Part shown: positions 28,340 to 38,127 of the stretch, piece by piece
Layout: every line of letters begins with the position of its first letter
Position numbering within the stretch: the first letter of the stretch is position 1
IMG/VR virus record: IMGVR_UViG_3300046453_000179
Coordinates: 3,125-67,124 of that record
Reading direction: 5' to 3' (one strand)
Length of the DNA stretch: 64,000 nucleotides
DNA from: a virus
The notes under the pieces: model-generated
Databases searched by the model: none
What the model was told of the DNA's origin: nothing
What the model saw: only the letters and a program-made list of their open reading frames with translations
Position numbers and translations under genes: made by a program

Positions 28340-28588
28340 GTGGACCCGTTGCTTAATCTCACCACCCAGGATCGAAATTTCTTAAACTACGTCGAGGCTT
28401 TGGGAATCGACGCCTTAGGTCACGAGATATTGCTTGGCCTATCTCACGGCGAATCCAATTCTTTCTTGCAATATCAGGCACACAAGGCTATGGCAAAAGC
28501 GAACGCGCCTGCCTACAGCTGTATGGTTGACCGCCATCTTGTTGCCCGCAGGCTTAAGATTTCAACCAGCCGCAGACCTCCCAGGTAG
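28340..28588 (+). CDS. Hypothetical protein (antisense moron); start uncertain
   Basis: LNLT..DR.FL..VEALG.D..GHEILLGLS..ES pattern; lower GC. Confidence 0.45.
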   Translation: MDPLLNLTTQDRNFLNYVEALGIDALGHEILLGLSHGESNSFLQYQAHKAMAKANAPAYSCMVDRHLVARRLKISTSRRPPR

Positions 28589-28643
28589 GTTCGCGGCATC
28601 TCCGGCGATGTCGGCCATCGCGCGGTCGACGGCACGCTCAGTT

Positions 28644-28802
28644 CTATTCCTCGCGGTCCGGCTGGCGGAAGGACGGCAGCAGGTGCCAGCCCAGTTGGCG
28701 CCGGATCTCTTCCAGCGTGGGCGGCGCCTCCAGTGGCGCGTGCGTCCGGCGCTCCAGGTACTCGCGGACGGTTTCTTTCGATGGGCGCGTCGTGTCGGTC
28801 AT
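28644..28802 (-). CDS. Small hypothetical protein
   Basis: MTDTTRPSKETVREYLERR...PPTLEEIRRQLGWHL with SD GAAGGG. Confidence 0.6.
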   Translation of the reverse strand: MTDTTRPSKETVREYLERRTHAPLEAPPTLEEIRRQLGWHLLPSFRQPDREE

Positions 28803-29018
28803 GCGCGGCCCTTCGGTGGGATTCAGGAATGCGGCCAGCCAGCAGCGCCAGGGCGCTCGCCAGCGGCACGCCTCGGTCAGCCAAAAACGCAGCGGCAATG
28901 AATACGCCTGCAGTCGAGATAGCTCGAGCGCGACGAACTGAAATCGAGAATGCATATCCATCGTGCGAGCGTATCGCACCGGACGACCTACGCCTTGATG
29001 AAAATCAAAGCGGATACA

Positions 29019-29044
29019 GAAAAGCCACCGCAATGGGTGGCTTG
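29019..29044 (-). terminator. Terminator, candidate tR' of the late promoter
   Basis: AAGCCACC-CATTGC-GGTGGCTTTTCT on the minus strand. Confidence 0.65.
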
Positions 29045-29180
29045 GAGTGTGCTCCCGTGCTATCTGCGCGGTGAGCGGAACATACATGCGAGCGGAAGCA
29101 CATCGGCCGGTCTACTCGCAAATCCCTGCTATCGGTGCCGCCGGAGCGATCATTACGAGTGCAAGAAGTAAGTGGGCAGA

Positions 29181-29209
29181 TGTTAACGTACTTTTCGAAA
29201 AAAAGGAAA
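29181..29209 (-). promoter_or_regulatory. Candidate late promoter PR'
   Basis: TTCCTT-17-TAACAT on the minus strand about 150 nt before a terminator (lambda PR'/tR' geometry); inference only. Confidence 0.3.
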
Positions 29210-29225
29210 GACTATCGGAAAGACT

Positions 29226-30011
29226 TTACTTCGAATCTTTGCCGCCAGCTGGTTTTTCACTAATGGTATGAGTTTTGAAAAATTCGTTGGCGGGGCCTGG
29301 TGGTTGGGGATCCACGTTAAACGGCGCTGGAGTTGGAACTGGCGCAGTTGCAGGCGGCTGCGAGCGCTCAGGCTGGGGTGTGCTAGCTGGCACGTCGGGT
29401 AAATTATTAGACATCGCGGGCTCCGGGGAATAAGCACTGCAAATATTGGGTTTGCCTAACAATTGTACGCTATAGATCTTGTCTGTTGATGACACTTTGT
29501 TAAAAACATAGAGCCCTCCTGATGGAATAAGCACTACCACCGCACACGCACATGCCAATAAGGCTCGCTGAACATATGCTCCGCGATCACGGTTTACGTT
29601 CCCATTCCACGCAGCAGCATCAGCGAGAAGCTCATTTAAATATTCCTCGAAGTCAACTTTAGACAACGCATCAGCCTCGCTGACGGGTAGGCCCTGCCTG
29701 CGTCGCCAATTCTTCAGGGTAAAACTATGCTCGCGAAGTGCCTTGGGATTCGGCAGTTTTTTGTAGTTGGGGGAGATCGCTGCTCTGCATAGAAAATACA
29801 AACCGCACAGCAACGACAGGAGGGACGCTCCTGCCGTCACGCCAAACAAGTAACACTGGATTGTGTATTGGTATTGATAGTCAACGAGAACTATTGAAAC
29901 CGCACTCGTTAGCGCAGCCATCACTACGAGAGGAATATTTACCGTCGTTGCAATGGCATTACGTTGATCAATTTCGAACTCGTAGAACTTTTGGAAGTGA
30001 CTCGAATCCAT
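29226..30011 (-). CDS. Three-TM membrane protein with Pro-rich tail (cargo gene)
   Basis: Low GC; three hydrophobic segments. Confidence 0.7.
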   Translation of the reverse strand: MDSSHFQKFYEFEIDQRNAIATTVNIPLVVMAALTSAVSIVLVDYQYQYTIQCYLFGVTAGASLLSLLCGLYFLCRAAISPNYKKLPNPKALREHSFTLKNWRRRQGLPVSEADALSKVDFEEYLNELLADAAAWNGNVNRDRGAYVQRALLACACAVVVLIPSGGLYVFNKVSSTDKIYSVQLLGKPNICSAYSPEPAMSNNLPDVPASTPQPERSQPPATAPVPTPAPFNVDPQPPGPANEFFKTHTISEKPAGGKDSK

Positions 30012-30204
30012 TTTTTGGCTGCTCCTTAGAACGCCATAGCGGTTGCTTCTTGGGATACGATATCAAGAATATCACCTTAGGCACAAGGATGGGCTCCCAT
30101 AACTCAAATTGCGCCCGCCATCCCGAATTTTATTGGCCGTCCTCCTTGATATTCGATTGACTTTTCTCAACTACAGCTTCGCGAATGAATATTAGCCTCA
30201 GCGG

Positions 30205-30519
30205 ATGAAAAATCACATTCCCCTCTGCTGGGCTGCGCGCAGACTTACCCCTACCCACGGTCTTAAATTTGCTGCCGCGCTTCTTTGTGACCAGGCCGTA
30301 CCCGTCGAACTGGCGTTACGATTTTTGACGCTGCCGCTTAAACGGCTATCCTGTGCTTGTTGGCCCTACCGTTACCAGGAGCTCGAGGATGAAGCCCACC
30401 CAAGCACCATCGACCGTACGCCGCCGTGCTGCAGCGTATGTCCGTATGTCGACCGAGCGCCAAGTCTATTCGACGGCGAACCAATTGGACCGGATCCGGG
30501 AATACGCAGTGAGCCATGA
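30205..30519 (+). CDS. Small hypothetical ORF upstream of, and overlapping, the serine recombinase
   Basis: AAALL.DQ.VPVELALRFL looks protein-like; the 3' half overlaps the recombinase and is doubtful. Confidence 0.3.
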   Translation: MKNHIPLCWAARRLTPTHGLKFAAALLCDQAVPVELALRFLTLPLKRLSCACWPYRYQELEDEAHPSTIDRTPPCCSVCPYVDRAPSLFDGEPIGPDPGIRSEP

Positions 30520-31921
30520 CCTCGACCTGGTAACGATCTACGAAGATGCGGGAAGAAGCGGCCTGACGAAAAAGGGGCGGCCAGGCCTCACTCGCATGAT
30601 CGAAGACGTACAAGGACAGCACGACTTCACGGTGATACTCGTATATGACATTAGCCGGTGGGGCCGGTTCCAGGATCTGGACGAGAGCGCGCATTACGAG
30701 TACTTATGCCGCGTGAACGGTGTCAACGTGGCCTACTGCGCCGAGGTGTTCGAGAACGACGGGTCGCCGTTCACAGCGATCATCAAAGCCCTCAAGCGCG
30801 CGGCCGCAGCGGAGTACAGCCGCGAGCTCTCCACGAAGGTCTTCGCTGGCCAGTGCCGCATGATCTCGATGGGATTCAAGACGGGTGGCCCATCTGGGTA
30901 CGGGTTGCGGCGCGCCCTGCTCGCCCCCGACGGAAAAATCATCCAGATCCTGAAAGCGGGTGAATGGAAAACAGTGCAAACTCAGCGCGTGGTGTTGGTG
31001 CCGGGACCGGCGGATGAAATAGCGATCGTCAATCAGGTGTTCAACTGGTATCTCGCGGGCCGTGTCGGCGATAGGAAAATTGCCGCCGTGCTGAATGCCC
31101 AGTCGATTCCCACCCAGGCGGGCGGCCCGTGGACGGCCGACATTATCCGGGGCATGCTGCAGAACGAGAAGTACATCGGGAACCTGATCTTTAACAAGGC
31201 CTCATTCAAGCTGCGCAAGGCTGCGGTGCGCAATCCACCAGAAGAATGGGTGCGATGCGACGGGGCCATCATCCCCATCGTACCGCGTGAGCTTTTCGAG
31301 GCCGTGGCGCGTGAGCGGTACCGTCGCCACCGGCATTACAGCGACGAGGAGCTGCTGGCGTCAATGCGTAGAATCTATGCGGCGCACGGCCGCATTTCGA
31401 GCGCGCTGATTGATGCTGATCCCCACATGCCGAACGCGAGACATATTTCCAGGCACTTCGGCACGCTGTTCGATGCCTGCATCATGGCAGGAGTGCGGCC
31501 GGTGAGGAGCAATGGTTTCCTGGTCACCAGGAGACAGAATTACGAGCTGCGCGACCAGATTGTTTTAGACGCAGAACGGCTAGCCCGCGAGGCCGGCGCC
31601 ACGACCGAGCGTTGCGCTACGCCGCATACGTTGCGGCTCGATGGCCAAGTGACAGTTTCGTTCCGAGTCATCCGCTGCGCCCACGACTTGAAATATGGCT
31701 ACCGCCGATGGCACATCCGCCCCCACCTCGCCGATGGCTGCGACTTCCTGCTGTTGGCGTTGTTAGATCAATCCAACAAGGCAATCACTTCGTACCTACT
31801 GCTCGCGTCAGCGGAGCTGAATAGCCAGGCGGTAGGCCTCACGGAGTCGAGCATTTCAAGGTATGCCGCAACCAATCGTGAGACCCTTGCCGAATTCTTT
31901 TTACCGAAGCAGCGCTGCTGA
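30389..31921 (+). CDS. Large serine recombinase
   Basis: AAAYVRMST (catalytic Ser), D.GRSG...RPGL, YDISRWGR, EYSRELS, GYG, IA..LN and NEKYIG motifs; SD AGGAG. Confidence 0.9.
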   Translation: MKPTQAPSTVRRRAAAYVRMSTERQVYSTANQLDRIREYAVSHDLDLVTIYEDAGRSGLTKKGRPGLTRMIEDVQGQHDFTVILVYDISRWGRFQDLDESAHYEYLCRVNGVNVAYCAEVFENDGSPFTAIIKALKRAAAAEYSRELSTKVFAGQCRMISMGFKTGGPSGYGLRRALLAPDGKIIQILKAGEWKTVQTQRVVLVPGPADEIAIVNQVFNWYLAGRVGDRKIAAVLNAQSIPTQAGGPWTADIIRGMLQNEKYIGNLIFNKASFKLRKAAVRNPPEEWVRCDGAIIPIVPRELFEAVARERYRRHRHYSDEELLASMRRIYAAHGRISSALIDADPHMPNARHISRHFGTLFDACIMAGVRPVRSNGFLVTRRQNYELRDQIVLDAERLAREAGATTERCATPHTLRLDGQVTVSFRVIRCAHDLKYGYRRWHIRPHLADGCDFLLLALLDQSNKAITSYLLLASAELNSQAVGLTESSISRYAATNRETLAEFFLPKQRC

Positions 31922-32431
31922 ACGGGCATTGTGCGCCTGGAGCAAGCCTTCCAGTTCGCTGACCATATCCAACGCCTTCTCGCGTTCGAAGCCACCACCG
32001 CCAATCTCACCACGGCCACTGCCTTTGCACGGCTGGCAGATCATACGGTTGGCAGTGCCGGTGCCGTGGCAGGTACCGCACTTACCGTCGAGCCAGTAGG
32101 CCAGCGAGCGCTCGGCGACGCGGCGGTACAGGGTCAGGGCGGCACGGATGTCCCACTCGGTCCCCTCCTTCACCCACCTCCGCTCGCGACCCTTTTCCGT
32201 CACACGATTGGTCCAGATGCGCAGCAGCTGCGCCAGATTCTGCGTACCCGACTCGAACGTCTTGCTGATCGAGCCGTCAGCGTATTTCACGCGAGTCAGC
32301 AGCGCGCCAAATCCGGCGCCGGAAAGATCGGCGAGCGCAGCTGCAGCGAGAGGTTCGGCCGCGTGATGCTGCGCGTCGTCCTGCAACGTGCTGGCGTTCA
32401 AGCCCCATACGAACTGATCGGCGAAACCCAT
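31901..32431 (-). CDS. Late antitermination protein Q-like
   Basis: CxxCxGxG x2 zinc finger; last gene of the PR operon; SD GGGAG. Confidence 0.75.
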   Translation of the reverse strand: MGFADQFVWGLNASTLQDDAQHHAAEPLAAAALADLSGAGFGALLTRVKYADGSISKTFESGTQNLAQLLRIWTNRVTEKGRERRWVKEGTEWDIRAALTLYRRVAERSLAYWLDGKCGTCHGTGTANRMICQPCKGSGRGEIGGGGFEREKALDMVSELEGLLQAHNARSAALLR

Positions 32432-32501
32432 GTGAAACTCTCCCTGGTTGACGGCAGGAACGTTAACACACGGAAATCGCGAATACAATGGACCAACTGG
32501 C

Positions 32502-32529
32502 AATGTGTTGCAAATTTTTACAACACATT
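32502..32529. promoter_or_regulatory. Palindrome upstream of Q
   Basis: AATGTGTTG-N10-CAACACATT. Confidence 0.5.
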
Positions 32530-32544
32530 TCCTACTGGCCGTAA

Positions 32545-32955
32545 TCATTCACGCAATTGCCGCAGCGCCTTGTCGTACGCCAGCGCGAGAACACCCACCT
32601 CCGCCACCGGCAGCGCCCGAAGGTAGTGCGCGATTGACAGCCGAATCGCTGCGTACTCGGCCGTCGTGAGGTCCAGCAGCACTGTCGGCCTCGCACACGC
32701 CTTAAGCAGCGCGGACCAGCCCACCACCGACTTGTCGTACAGCCGCTTATTGCCCATTTGCGACCAGATGGCGGCGCTGGTCAGCAAATGCTCCGTGAGC
32801 GTGTTTGCCAACGGTGCCGGCGCCAGGCCGCGCTTGGCCGCGTCGAGCGCGATCAGCACGACCAGCGCAGTGGCGTCGGCGTCCTCCTGGCCGACCACCT
32901 GCTTGGCGGCCAGGAGGTCGAGAGGGTTCGCGAGGAACGTCTGGCGCGCGCCCAT
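32545..32955 (-). CDS. Phage hypothetical protein
   Basis: 136 aa, abuts the upstream gene. Confidence 0.6.
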   Translation of the reverse strand: MGARQTFLANPLDLLAAKQVVGQEDADATALVVLIALDAAKRGLAPAPLANTLTEHLLTSAAIWSQMGNKRLYDKSVVGWSALLKACARPTVLLDLTTAEYAAIRLSIAHYLRALPVAEVGVLALAYDKALRQLRE

Positions 32956-33578
32956 CAGCCGGCTCCCAGCATCGGCACGGCCGCGCGCTGCATCGTGAGC
33001 AGTGGCGCATCGTTGCCGCCCGCCAGCACACGCTGTGCGGCGGCCTGGTCACCCACCAGCACCGGCGCCTGTAGCGCGTAGCCCTGCTTTCCGTTCTGCG
33101 CGTTGGCCATGCCGATCAGCACTGGCGGATACGGCGGCGTCTCACCGCGCATCCGGTAGCCCCGGTACCGATTTTCGAACTCCTTGGCGATGAACGGCCA
33201 ATCCGCCTCCGACTTGCTCACGATTTGCAGCCAGCCACCCATGTCGTGCAGTACGCGGTGGATCAGCGCATCATCGAACACGACGTCAGCGTACGAGCCG
33301 ACCTGCCGCACCGCGCGGTCAACCTTCGACCAGGCCACCGCCGCCTGGTCGGACGTGCGCCCTTCGAGCATTTTCGCCACGTCCGCGACCTTCGGCATCC
33401 ACTGCCCAGTGTCAGGATTCTTCGCGTGCGCCCACAGCGCCTTCTCAACTGCCTCCAGGTCGTACTCGCGGAGGCCTTCCCAGTACACGACCAGCACGCC
33501 CTTGGAGAGCTCTTTGCCGTAGTAGTCGGCCACGCCGATCAAAGTCGTGAAGAACCGCTTTTTTTCGTTTTCAATCAT
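32955..33578 (-). CDS. Replication-associated protein (DUF6475-like)
   Basis: G.WMPKVAD and VVFDD.LIHRV..DMGGW motifs; follows the initiator. Confidence 0.75.
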   Translation of the reverse strand: MIENEKKRFFTTLIGVADYYGKELSKGVLVVYWEGLREYDLEAVEKALWAHAKNPDTGQWMPKVADVAKMLEGRTSDQAAVAWSKVDRAVRQVGSYADVVFDDALIHRVLHDMGGWLQIVSKSEADWPFIAKEFENRYRGYRMRGETPPYPPVLIGMANAQNGKQGYALQAPVLVGDQAAAQRVLAGGNDAPLLTMQRAAVPMLGAG

Positions 33579-34515
33579 GGCCCTGCTCCCTCAAAAGTTC
33601 TTCGACTGCACGTGCTGTAGCCTGGCCGGCCTTGCCCAGTTGCTGAGTGGCCGCTGCCAGCGGCGCGCTCCCCCGGCGCTTGATCGAGAGCTGATCCCAC
33701 TTCTCGCGCAGCTTGCCCGGCGACAGGATGTTCGCGTGCCAGAAGCCGTCGTCCTGGGTCCAGCCGAACAGCTCGCAGATCTCGCGATGAGTGCGGCCGT
33801 CTCGCTCACGCATCAAGCGCACCTCATCGGCCCAGGCATCGAAGTTCGGCTGCTTGTGGCCAGGGCTACCAGCCAGGATGCGGCCGTAGAGCCAGCGCGC
33901 GCACGTCTCGTCCTCTGCAGTGCTGCGGCGTTGCTTCCGGCGCTCTTTGCCCTCGTCGTCATCCTCGACGGTGGGGCTCGGCGCCACGGCGGCGCTTTTC
34001 GCCGACGTGTTGTTTCCTTCTCCTGTTCCTGCTCCTGTTCCTGTTCCTGTTTCGGGGCTCAGTACCGAAGGGTTTCGAAAGGGTTCGTTTTCCGCCTCAA
34101 ATTTATCCAAAATCGCGACCGGAAAAACAGGCGAGAATTCGCGCAAAGCCGCAGCCAGAGCCGCTTTCGCCATGGATGGAGCCGACAGGGAGTCGAACAA
34201 TTTCCCTGCCGCTTTGCCAACATTCGGGTTTTCGAACTGGTTCCACTTCAAGTAGCGCAGGATGACCACCCAATTTGACCTCTCGCAACGGTAGATATAA
34301 CCCTTCGAGACAAGTCCACTAAACCCTTTCGATACCCTTTCCGCGCTCCATTTAAGGTCATCGGAAGCGTATGCCTCAGGTAGCCGGAAGCAGCCCACCA
34401 TGTTCCCGTGCGGACACGTCAAGAGATAGAGCGCGAGAGTGCGCTCGTCCTCCGTCATCGCCGTCACGTCTTCGCTGGTCCAGAATGCGGTGTACACCTT
34501 GCCGTATTCACGCAT
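33571..34515 (-). CDS. Replication initiator (lambda O-like)
   Basis: YLLTCPHGNM.G.FRL N-domain, GTGTGAGTG linker, FW..NILSP.KLREKWDQL C-terminus. Confidence 0.82.
   Translation of the reverse strand: MREYGKVYTAFWTSEDVTAMTEDERTLALYLLTCPHGNMVGCFRLPEAYASDDLKWSAERVSKGFSGLVSKGYIYRCERSNWVVILRYLKWNQFENPNVGKAAGKLFDSLSAPSMAKAALAAALREFSPVFPVAILDKFEAENEPFRNPSVLSPETGTGTGAGTGEGNNTSAKSAAVAPSPTVEDDDEGKERRKQRRSTAEDETCARWLYGRILAGSPGHKQPNFDAWADEVRLMRERDGRTHREICELFGWTQDDGFWHANILSPGKLREKWDQLSIKRRGSAPLAAATQQLGKAGQATARAVEELLREQGHD
34068..34342. repeat. Possible origin iterons inside the initiator gene
   Basis: GAAGGGTTTCGAAAGGGTTCG (34068-34088) and the inverted AAACCCTTTCGATACCCTTTC (34321-34341). Confidence 0.4.
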
Positions 34516-34687
34516 TGCGTACCCCCGCGACATACCGCGTGCGGCCCGTCAGCGCATCGCGCACGGTGGACACGGCCAAGCCGAACTGGCGCGCCAGCGA
34601 TTCGTACCCACCGCCGCGCACGCCCGGCTTATGGGCTTCGCGGATCGCGCGTACCTGGTCATCGGTCAATGCTCGACGGCGCGTCAT
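34508..34687 (-). CDS. Small HTH DNA-binding protein (59 aa); not in the ORF track
   Basis: MTRRRALTDDQVRAIR...YESLARQFGLAVSTVRDALTGRT; overlaps both neighbours. Confidence 0.7.
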   Translation of the reverse strand: MTRRRALTDDQVRAIREAHKPGVRGGGYESLARQFGLAVSTVRDALTGRTRYVAGVRNA

Positions 34688-37314
34688 AATCCATTCTCCC
34701 CGTCCATGGCTTCCATATCGAACAGCGTGGGTACGCTGATCTGCTTCTCCATCGCGCGCAGGTAATGCACCTGGTCGGTGAAGTAGCCGCCGTTGAGCTC
34801 GGAGCCGCCGCCCAGGCGCCCCAGCTTGATCGCCCGTACCGGCACCGTACCCAGGCCGCAGAACGGGTCATAGACCAACTCGCCAGGGTTGGTGTAGCGA
34901 TTGATGATGCGATCGACGATATCGATCTGGAACGGGCAGACGTGCTTTTCGACTGCGCGCGCGGACTGTTCACCGTTCAAAGTGCGCATGCGCACGATGT
35001 CGTGCCAGACAGTCGGATCGGCGCTACCCGGCGCCAGGCTCATGAACGTGGCCGGCAGCGTCTTGTTCGCCAGCATGGCCTCGCCCACGGCCACGTGGTA
35101 TTCGTAGTTGTAGACGTTGTCCAGCGACATCTCGGTGAAGACCTTGGCCAGCTTGCCAGGGCCGAAGCTGGCCAGCTCATGGGCGCTGAGCAGCCGGTCG
35201 CCGCTCGATCGCCAGAATGCGTGCGCGTCAACCTGCCAGCGCGCGACGCTGTAGCCGGTACCGGGCACTGGTGGCAGCTTGCGGTCGAATGGCACGGTGG
35301 CGCCCTGCTCGTCCAGGCACATCGGCTTCATCTTCGTCACCGGCACGTCCGCGTAGCCGCGCGCGCGGTCGGTCTGCGGCTTGTGGAACAGCAGGACATA
35401 TTCCGGCATACCCACGCCCATCTTGCTGCCGTCCTTGCATACCTCGGAATAGCCCAAGCGGTAGGTCTGGTTGTTCTCGCGCACCACGTCGGTGACGACC
35501 GTGATCATGCCCATGTAGTCGAAGCCATGCTTGGTAGCGTGGAAGATCGCTTCGGCGTGGAACGGGCTCACGGTGGGCACGCCGGCGCCGGTCACGTTGC
35601 CGAACAGGATTCGGTCTTTCACGTGGCAGGCGTACATGCGGCCCGGCTGCAGGATGCGCAACAGCTGCGGCGTGAGGAAATCCATCTGGCGCCAGAACTG
35701 ATCATTGTCTTGCGTATGGCCGAAGTCGTTATAGCTCGGGCTGTATTCGTACTGATTCCCGAAGGGGATCGAGGTCAGCACCAGACCCACCGAGTTGTCG
35801 GGCTGCTCGAGCGCTTCCAGCACGCAGTCGTTATGCGCCACCTCGAAGCGGTCGCCGGCGACCACCTGGCGCTGCACGCCGATGGTACGCGCGAGCGAGT
35901 CCTGCATCGAGAGCTGGTCGAGGCCGTAGGTGCGGATGATCTCGCCCATCTTCGCCTGCATTTCTTCGTGCTGCCGCCACTTCGTCTGCAGGTCGGCCAG
36001 CACCTTGCGCTCGACCTCGGTGTGCACGATGTCGATGATGACCGGGTGTGCCTGCTGGAAGCGCTGTACGCGGTGAATGGCCTGGATGAAGTCGTTGAAC
36101 TTGAAGCCGATCCCCGCGAAAATCTCACGGTGGCAGTGCTGCTGGAAATTGCAGCCGCTGCCGGCAATGATGGGCTTGGTGGACAGGATCTGCACCTTGC
36201 CGTCGCTGAAGTCGGCGATGCGCTGCTCGCGCTCGTCGATCTGCTGCGTGCCCCACACGCTTACGGCGGCCGGGATCGCCGCCTGGATGGCGTGGCGCTC
36301 GTCCTCCAGGTCGTGCCACACGAGGAAATGGTCAGCGGGATCCGCCGCGATGATATCAGCCACCTTCGCCACGCGCGCAGCCATGCTGTCGCGCTTCTCG
36401 CCGGCTGCGGCAGACAGGCCCATCGCGACGTTGGGGATCAACAGGCCCTGGCCATTCTTCTCGGCGCCGGCCGTGCCGTAGTTGCTCGGCACCTCGTGGT
36501 ATCGGACCTCGATCGGCGGCAGGTCGTAGCCTTCGTCCGAGTGGCCCAGGTCGCTCGGCTTCTGTATGAACACCGCCCAGCTGGCTACCCACAACCAGAA
36601 TTCGTGTTCCTTGTGCGGGTAGAGCGTCAGGTTGCCGGCCTTCTCACTGTCGCGCTGGAAAAAGCGCGTCAGGGCCTGGCCGGTGTCCATGACGCCCAGG
36701 TAGCCGGCGTAGTGGATCAGTTCCTTGAACCGGTTGGGGCTCGGCGTGGCGGTGTAGACGAACTTGAATTCCACCGGCGCGAACATCGGCAGGAACTCCT
36801 GGTAGGTCTTGCTACCGTAGCTGCGCAGCACACTGGCCTCATCGAGGCCTGAGGCTTGCCACTTCGTCACGTCCACCTTGGCCTCGCGGACTGACTCGTA
36901 GTTCGTCATGTAGATCGTGGCCGGGTCGTCGATCTCGGCGTCAGAGCGGATGAAGCGCAGGTCGATGGCTTGGTCGCCGGTGAAGCGCTTCGCCACCTCG
37001 CGCGAGAACTCCTGGCGCACGCCCAGCGGCGCGACGATGCCACGGATCCCGCCCGGCCGGTGGATGCCAATCTGGCGCATGACCTCGAGGTTGGTGCTGG
37101 TCTTGTGCAAGCCGAACGATGCGAACACGGCGCGCTGGCCGCCGGCGAGTGCCCAGCGGACGATCTGGCGGGTGTGCGGCTTGAGACCGGGGTGAATCTG
37201 GTCCAGCGGCACGTCGAAGCCCTTCGACGGCGCCAAGCGGATTTTGTCGCGCAGGAACTGGCTGTATTCGGCCTGGATCAGGTGCTTTTGTTCTTCGCTG
37301 TTGAATGCGCTCAT
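34684..37314 (-). CDS. SNF2-like helicase / N4-N6 DNA methyltransferase fusion
   Basis: GLHKT, LDEAS, TATPSPN and QAIHRVQR helicase motifs; TSIPF and DPFCGLGT methyltransferase motifs. Confidence 0.85.
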   Translation of the reverse strand: MSAFNSEEQKHLIQAEYSQFLRDKIRLAPSKGFDVPLDQIHPGLKPHTRQIVRWALAGGQRAVFASFGLHKTSTNLEVMRQIGIHRPGGIRGIVAPLGVRQEFSREVAKRFTGDQAIDLRFIRSDAEIDDPATIYMTNYESVREAKVDVTKWQASGLDEASVLRSYGSKTYQEFLPMFAPVEFKFVYTATPSPNRFKELIHYAGYLGVMDTGQALTRFFQRDSEKAGNLTLYPHKEHEFWLWVASWAVFIQKPSDLGHSDEGYDLPPIEVRYHEVPSNYGTAGAEKNGQGLLIPNVAMGLSAAAGEKRDSMAARVAKVADIIAADPADHFLVWHDLEDERHAIQAAIPAAVSVWGTQQIDEREQRIADFSDGKVQILSTKPIIAGSGCNFQQHCHREIFAGIGFKFNDFIQAIHRVQRFQQAHPVIIDIVHTEVERKVLADLQTKWRQHEEMQAKMGEIIRTYGLDQLSMQDSLARTIGVQRQVVAGDRFEVAHNDCVLEALEQPDNSVGLVLTSIPFGNQYEYSPSYNDFGHTQDNDQFWRQMDFLTPQLLRILQPGRMYACHVKDRILFGNVTGAGVPTVSPFHAEAIFHATKHGFDYMGMITVVTDVVRENNQTYRLGYSEVCKDGSKMGVGMPEYVLLFHKPQTDRARGYADVPVTKMKPMCLDEQGATVPFDRKLPPVPGTGYSVARWQVDAHAFWRSSGDRLLSAHELASFGPGKLAKVFTEMSLDNVYNYEYHVAVGEAMLANKTLPATFMSLAPGSADPTVWHDIVRMRTLNGEQSARAVEKHVCPFQIDIVDRIINRYTNPGELVYDPFCGLGTVPVRAIKLGRLGGGSELNGGYFTDQVHYLRAMEKQISVPTLFDMEAMDGENGL

Positions 37315-37348
37315 GTCATTTCCGTTTTGGTTGATCAAGCAGCGGCCA

Positions 37349-38041
37349 TCAGGCCGTCGCCTTCAGTTCTTTTAAAAGTTTGCGGTAGTGCGCGGTCAGG
37401 GCGATCAGGTCGTCCACCGAGTAGTGGCGCGGTTCGTTGTCAGATTCGAGGGCTTCGACCGCCGACAGGCCAATGCGCTTGATCAGGCCGATGCGGTAAT
37501 CGACCGCGCGGCCGGCGCCGTAGCGGTTGCAGTGCACGAGCTGGCGGTGGACGTTGTTCGGATTGAAGCGCAGGTGCGGCGCGCTGCCGACGCTACGGTA
37601 GTGGCCAGCATCCCAGCCGTGGGCGCCCAGGCCGTCCACGCCGGTCACAGCGCGGCCGCAGCAGATGCATGGCAGCAGCCGGTCGCGGAACCGTACCCAG
37701 GCGTTAAAAGCCTTCTGGCATTCGGCCGCGTGGTCAGCCTTGCGCTTGAACTTGGCCAGCTTCTCTTGGCGGTCCTTGCGCTCCGCTTTCGCCGCGGCCG
37801 ATTTCTGCTTGGCGACCTTGGCCAGCGCCACCACAGTGCCGCAATCGGGCGAACACCAGGTCACAAACGGCTGCGGCCGGACGAACTCGGTACGGCAAGT
37901 GCGGACAGCGCACTTGTGCTTCTTCTCGCGCGCGGCTTTGGTAATGGTCTTCGTCACCTCACGTACTTCGATGCGCTCGCCGCGCGCGAACGCGTTGCGC
38001 CTCATGAGTGCGGTGCCGGGTTTCATGGGTGAGCGCCTCAT
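37349..38041 (-). CDS. ninG: NinG/Rap recombination endonuclease
   Basis: CQKAFNAWVRFRD..PCICCG and DAGHYRSVGSAPHLRF motifs. Confidence 0.9.
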   Translation of the reverse strand: MRRSPMKPGTALMRRNAFARGERIEVREVTKTITKAAREKKHKCAVRTCRTEFVRPQPFVTWCSPDCGTVVALAKVAKQKSAAAKAERKDRQEKLAKFKRKADHAAECQKAFNAWVRFRDRLLPCICCGRAVTGVDGLGAHGWDAGHYRSVGSAPHLRFNPNNVHRQLVHCNRYGAGRAVDYRIGLIKRIGLSAVEALESDNEPRHYSVDDLIALTAHYRKLLKELKATA

Positions 38042-38127
38042 ACTGACCGTCCCGAAAGGACAATATTAATTGGCAAGTTTGATAACGATTTAGTGCTAAT
38101 ATGAAGCTCCGCCCTAGTGAGAGCACT

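Noticed and set aside
28733-29171. Short plus-strand ORFs
   Set aside because: No SD or motifs; they overlap a minus-strand terminator and candidate leader
34019-34051. CCTGTT hexamer tandem repeat
   Set aside because: Encodes the GTGTGAGTG linker of the replication initiator
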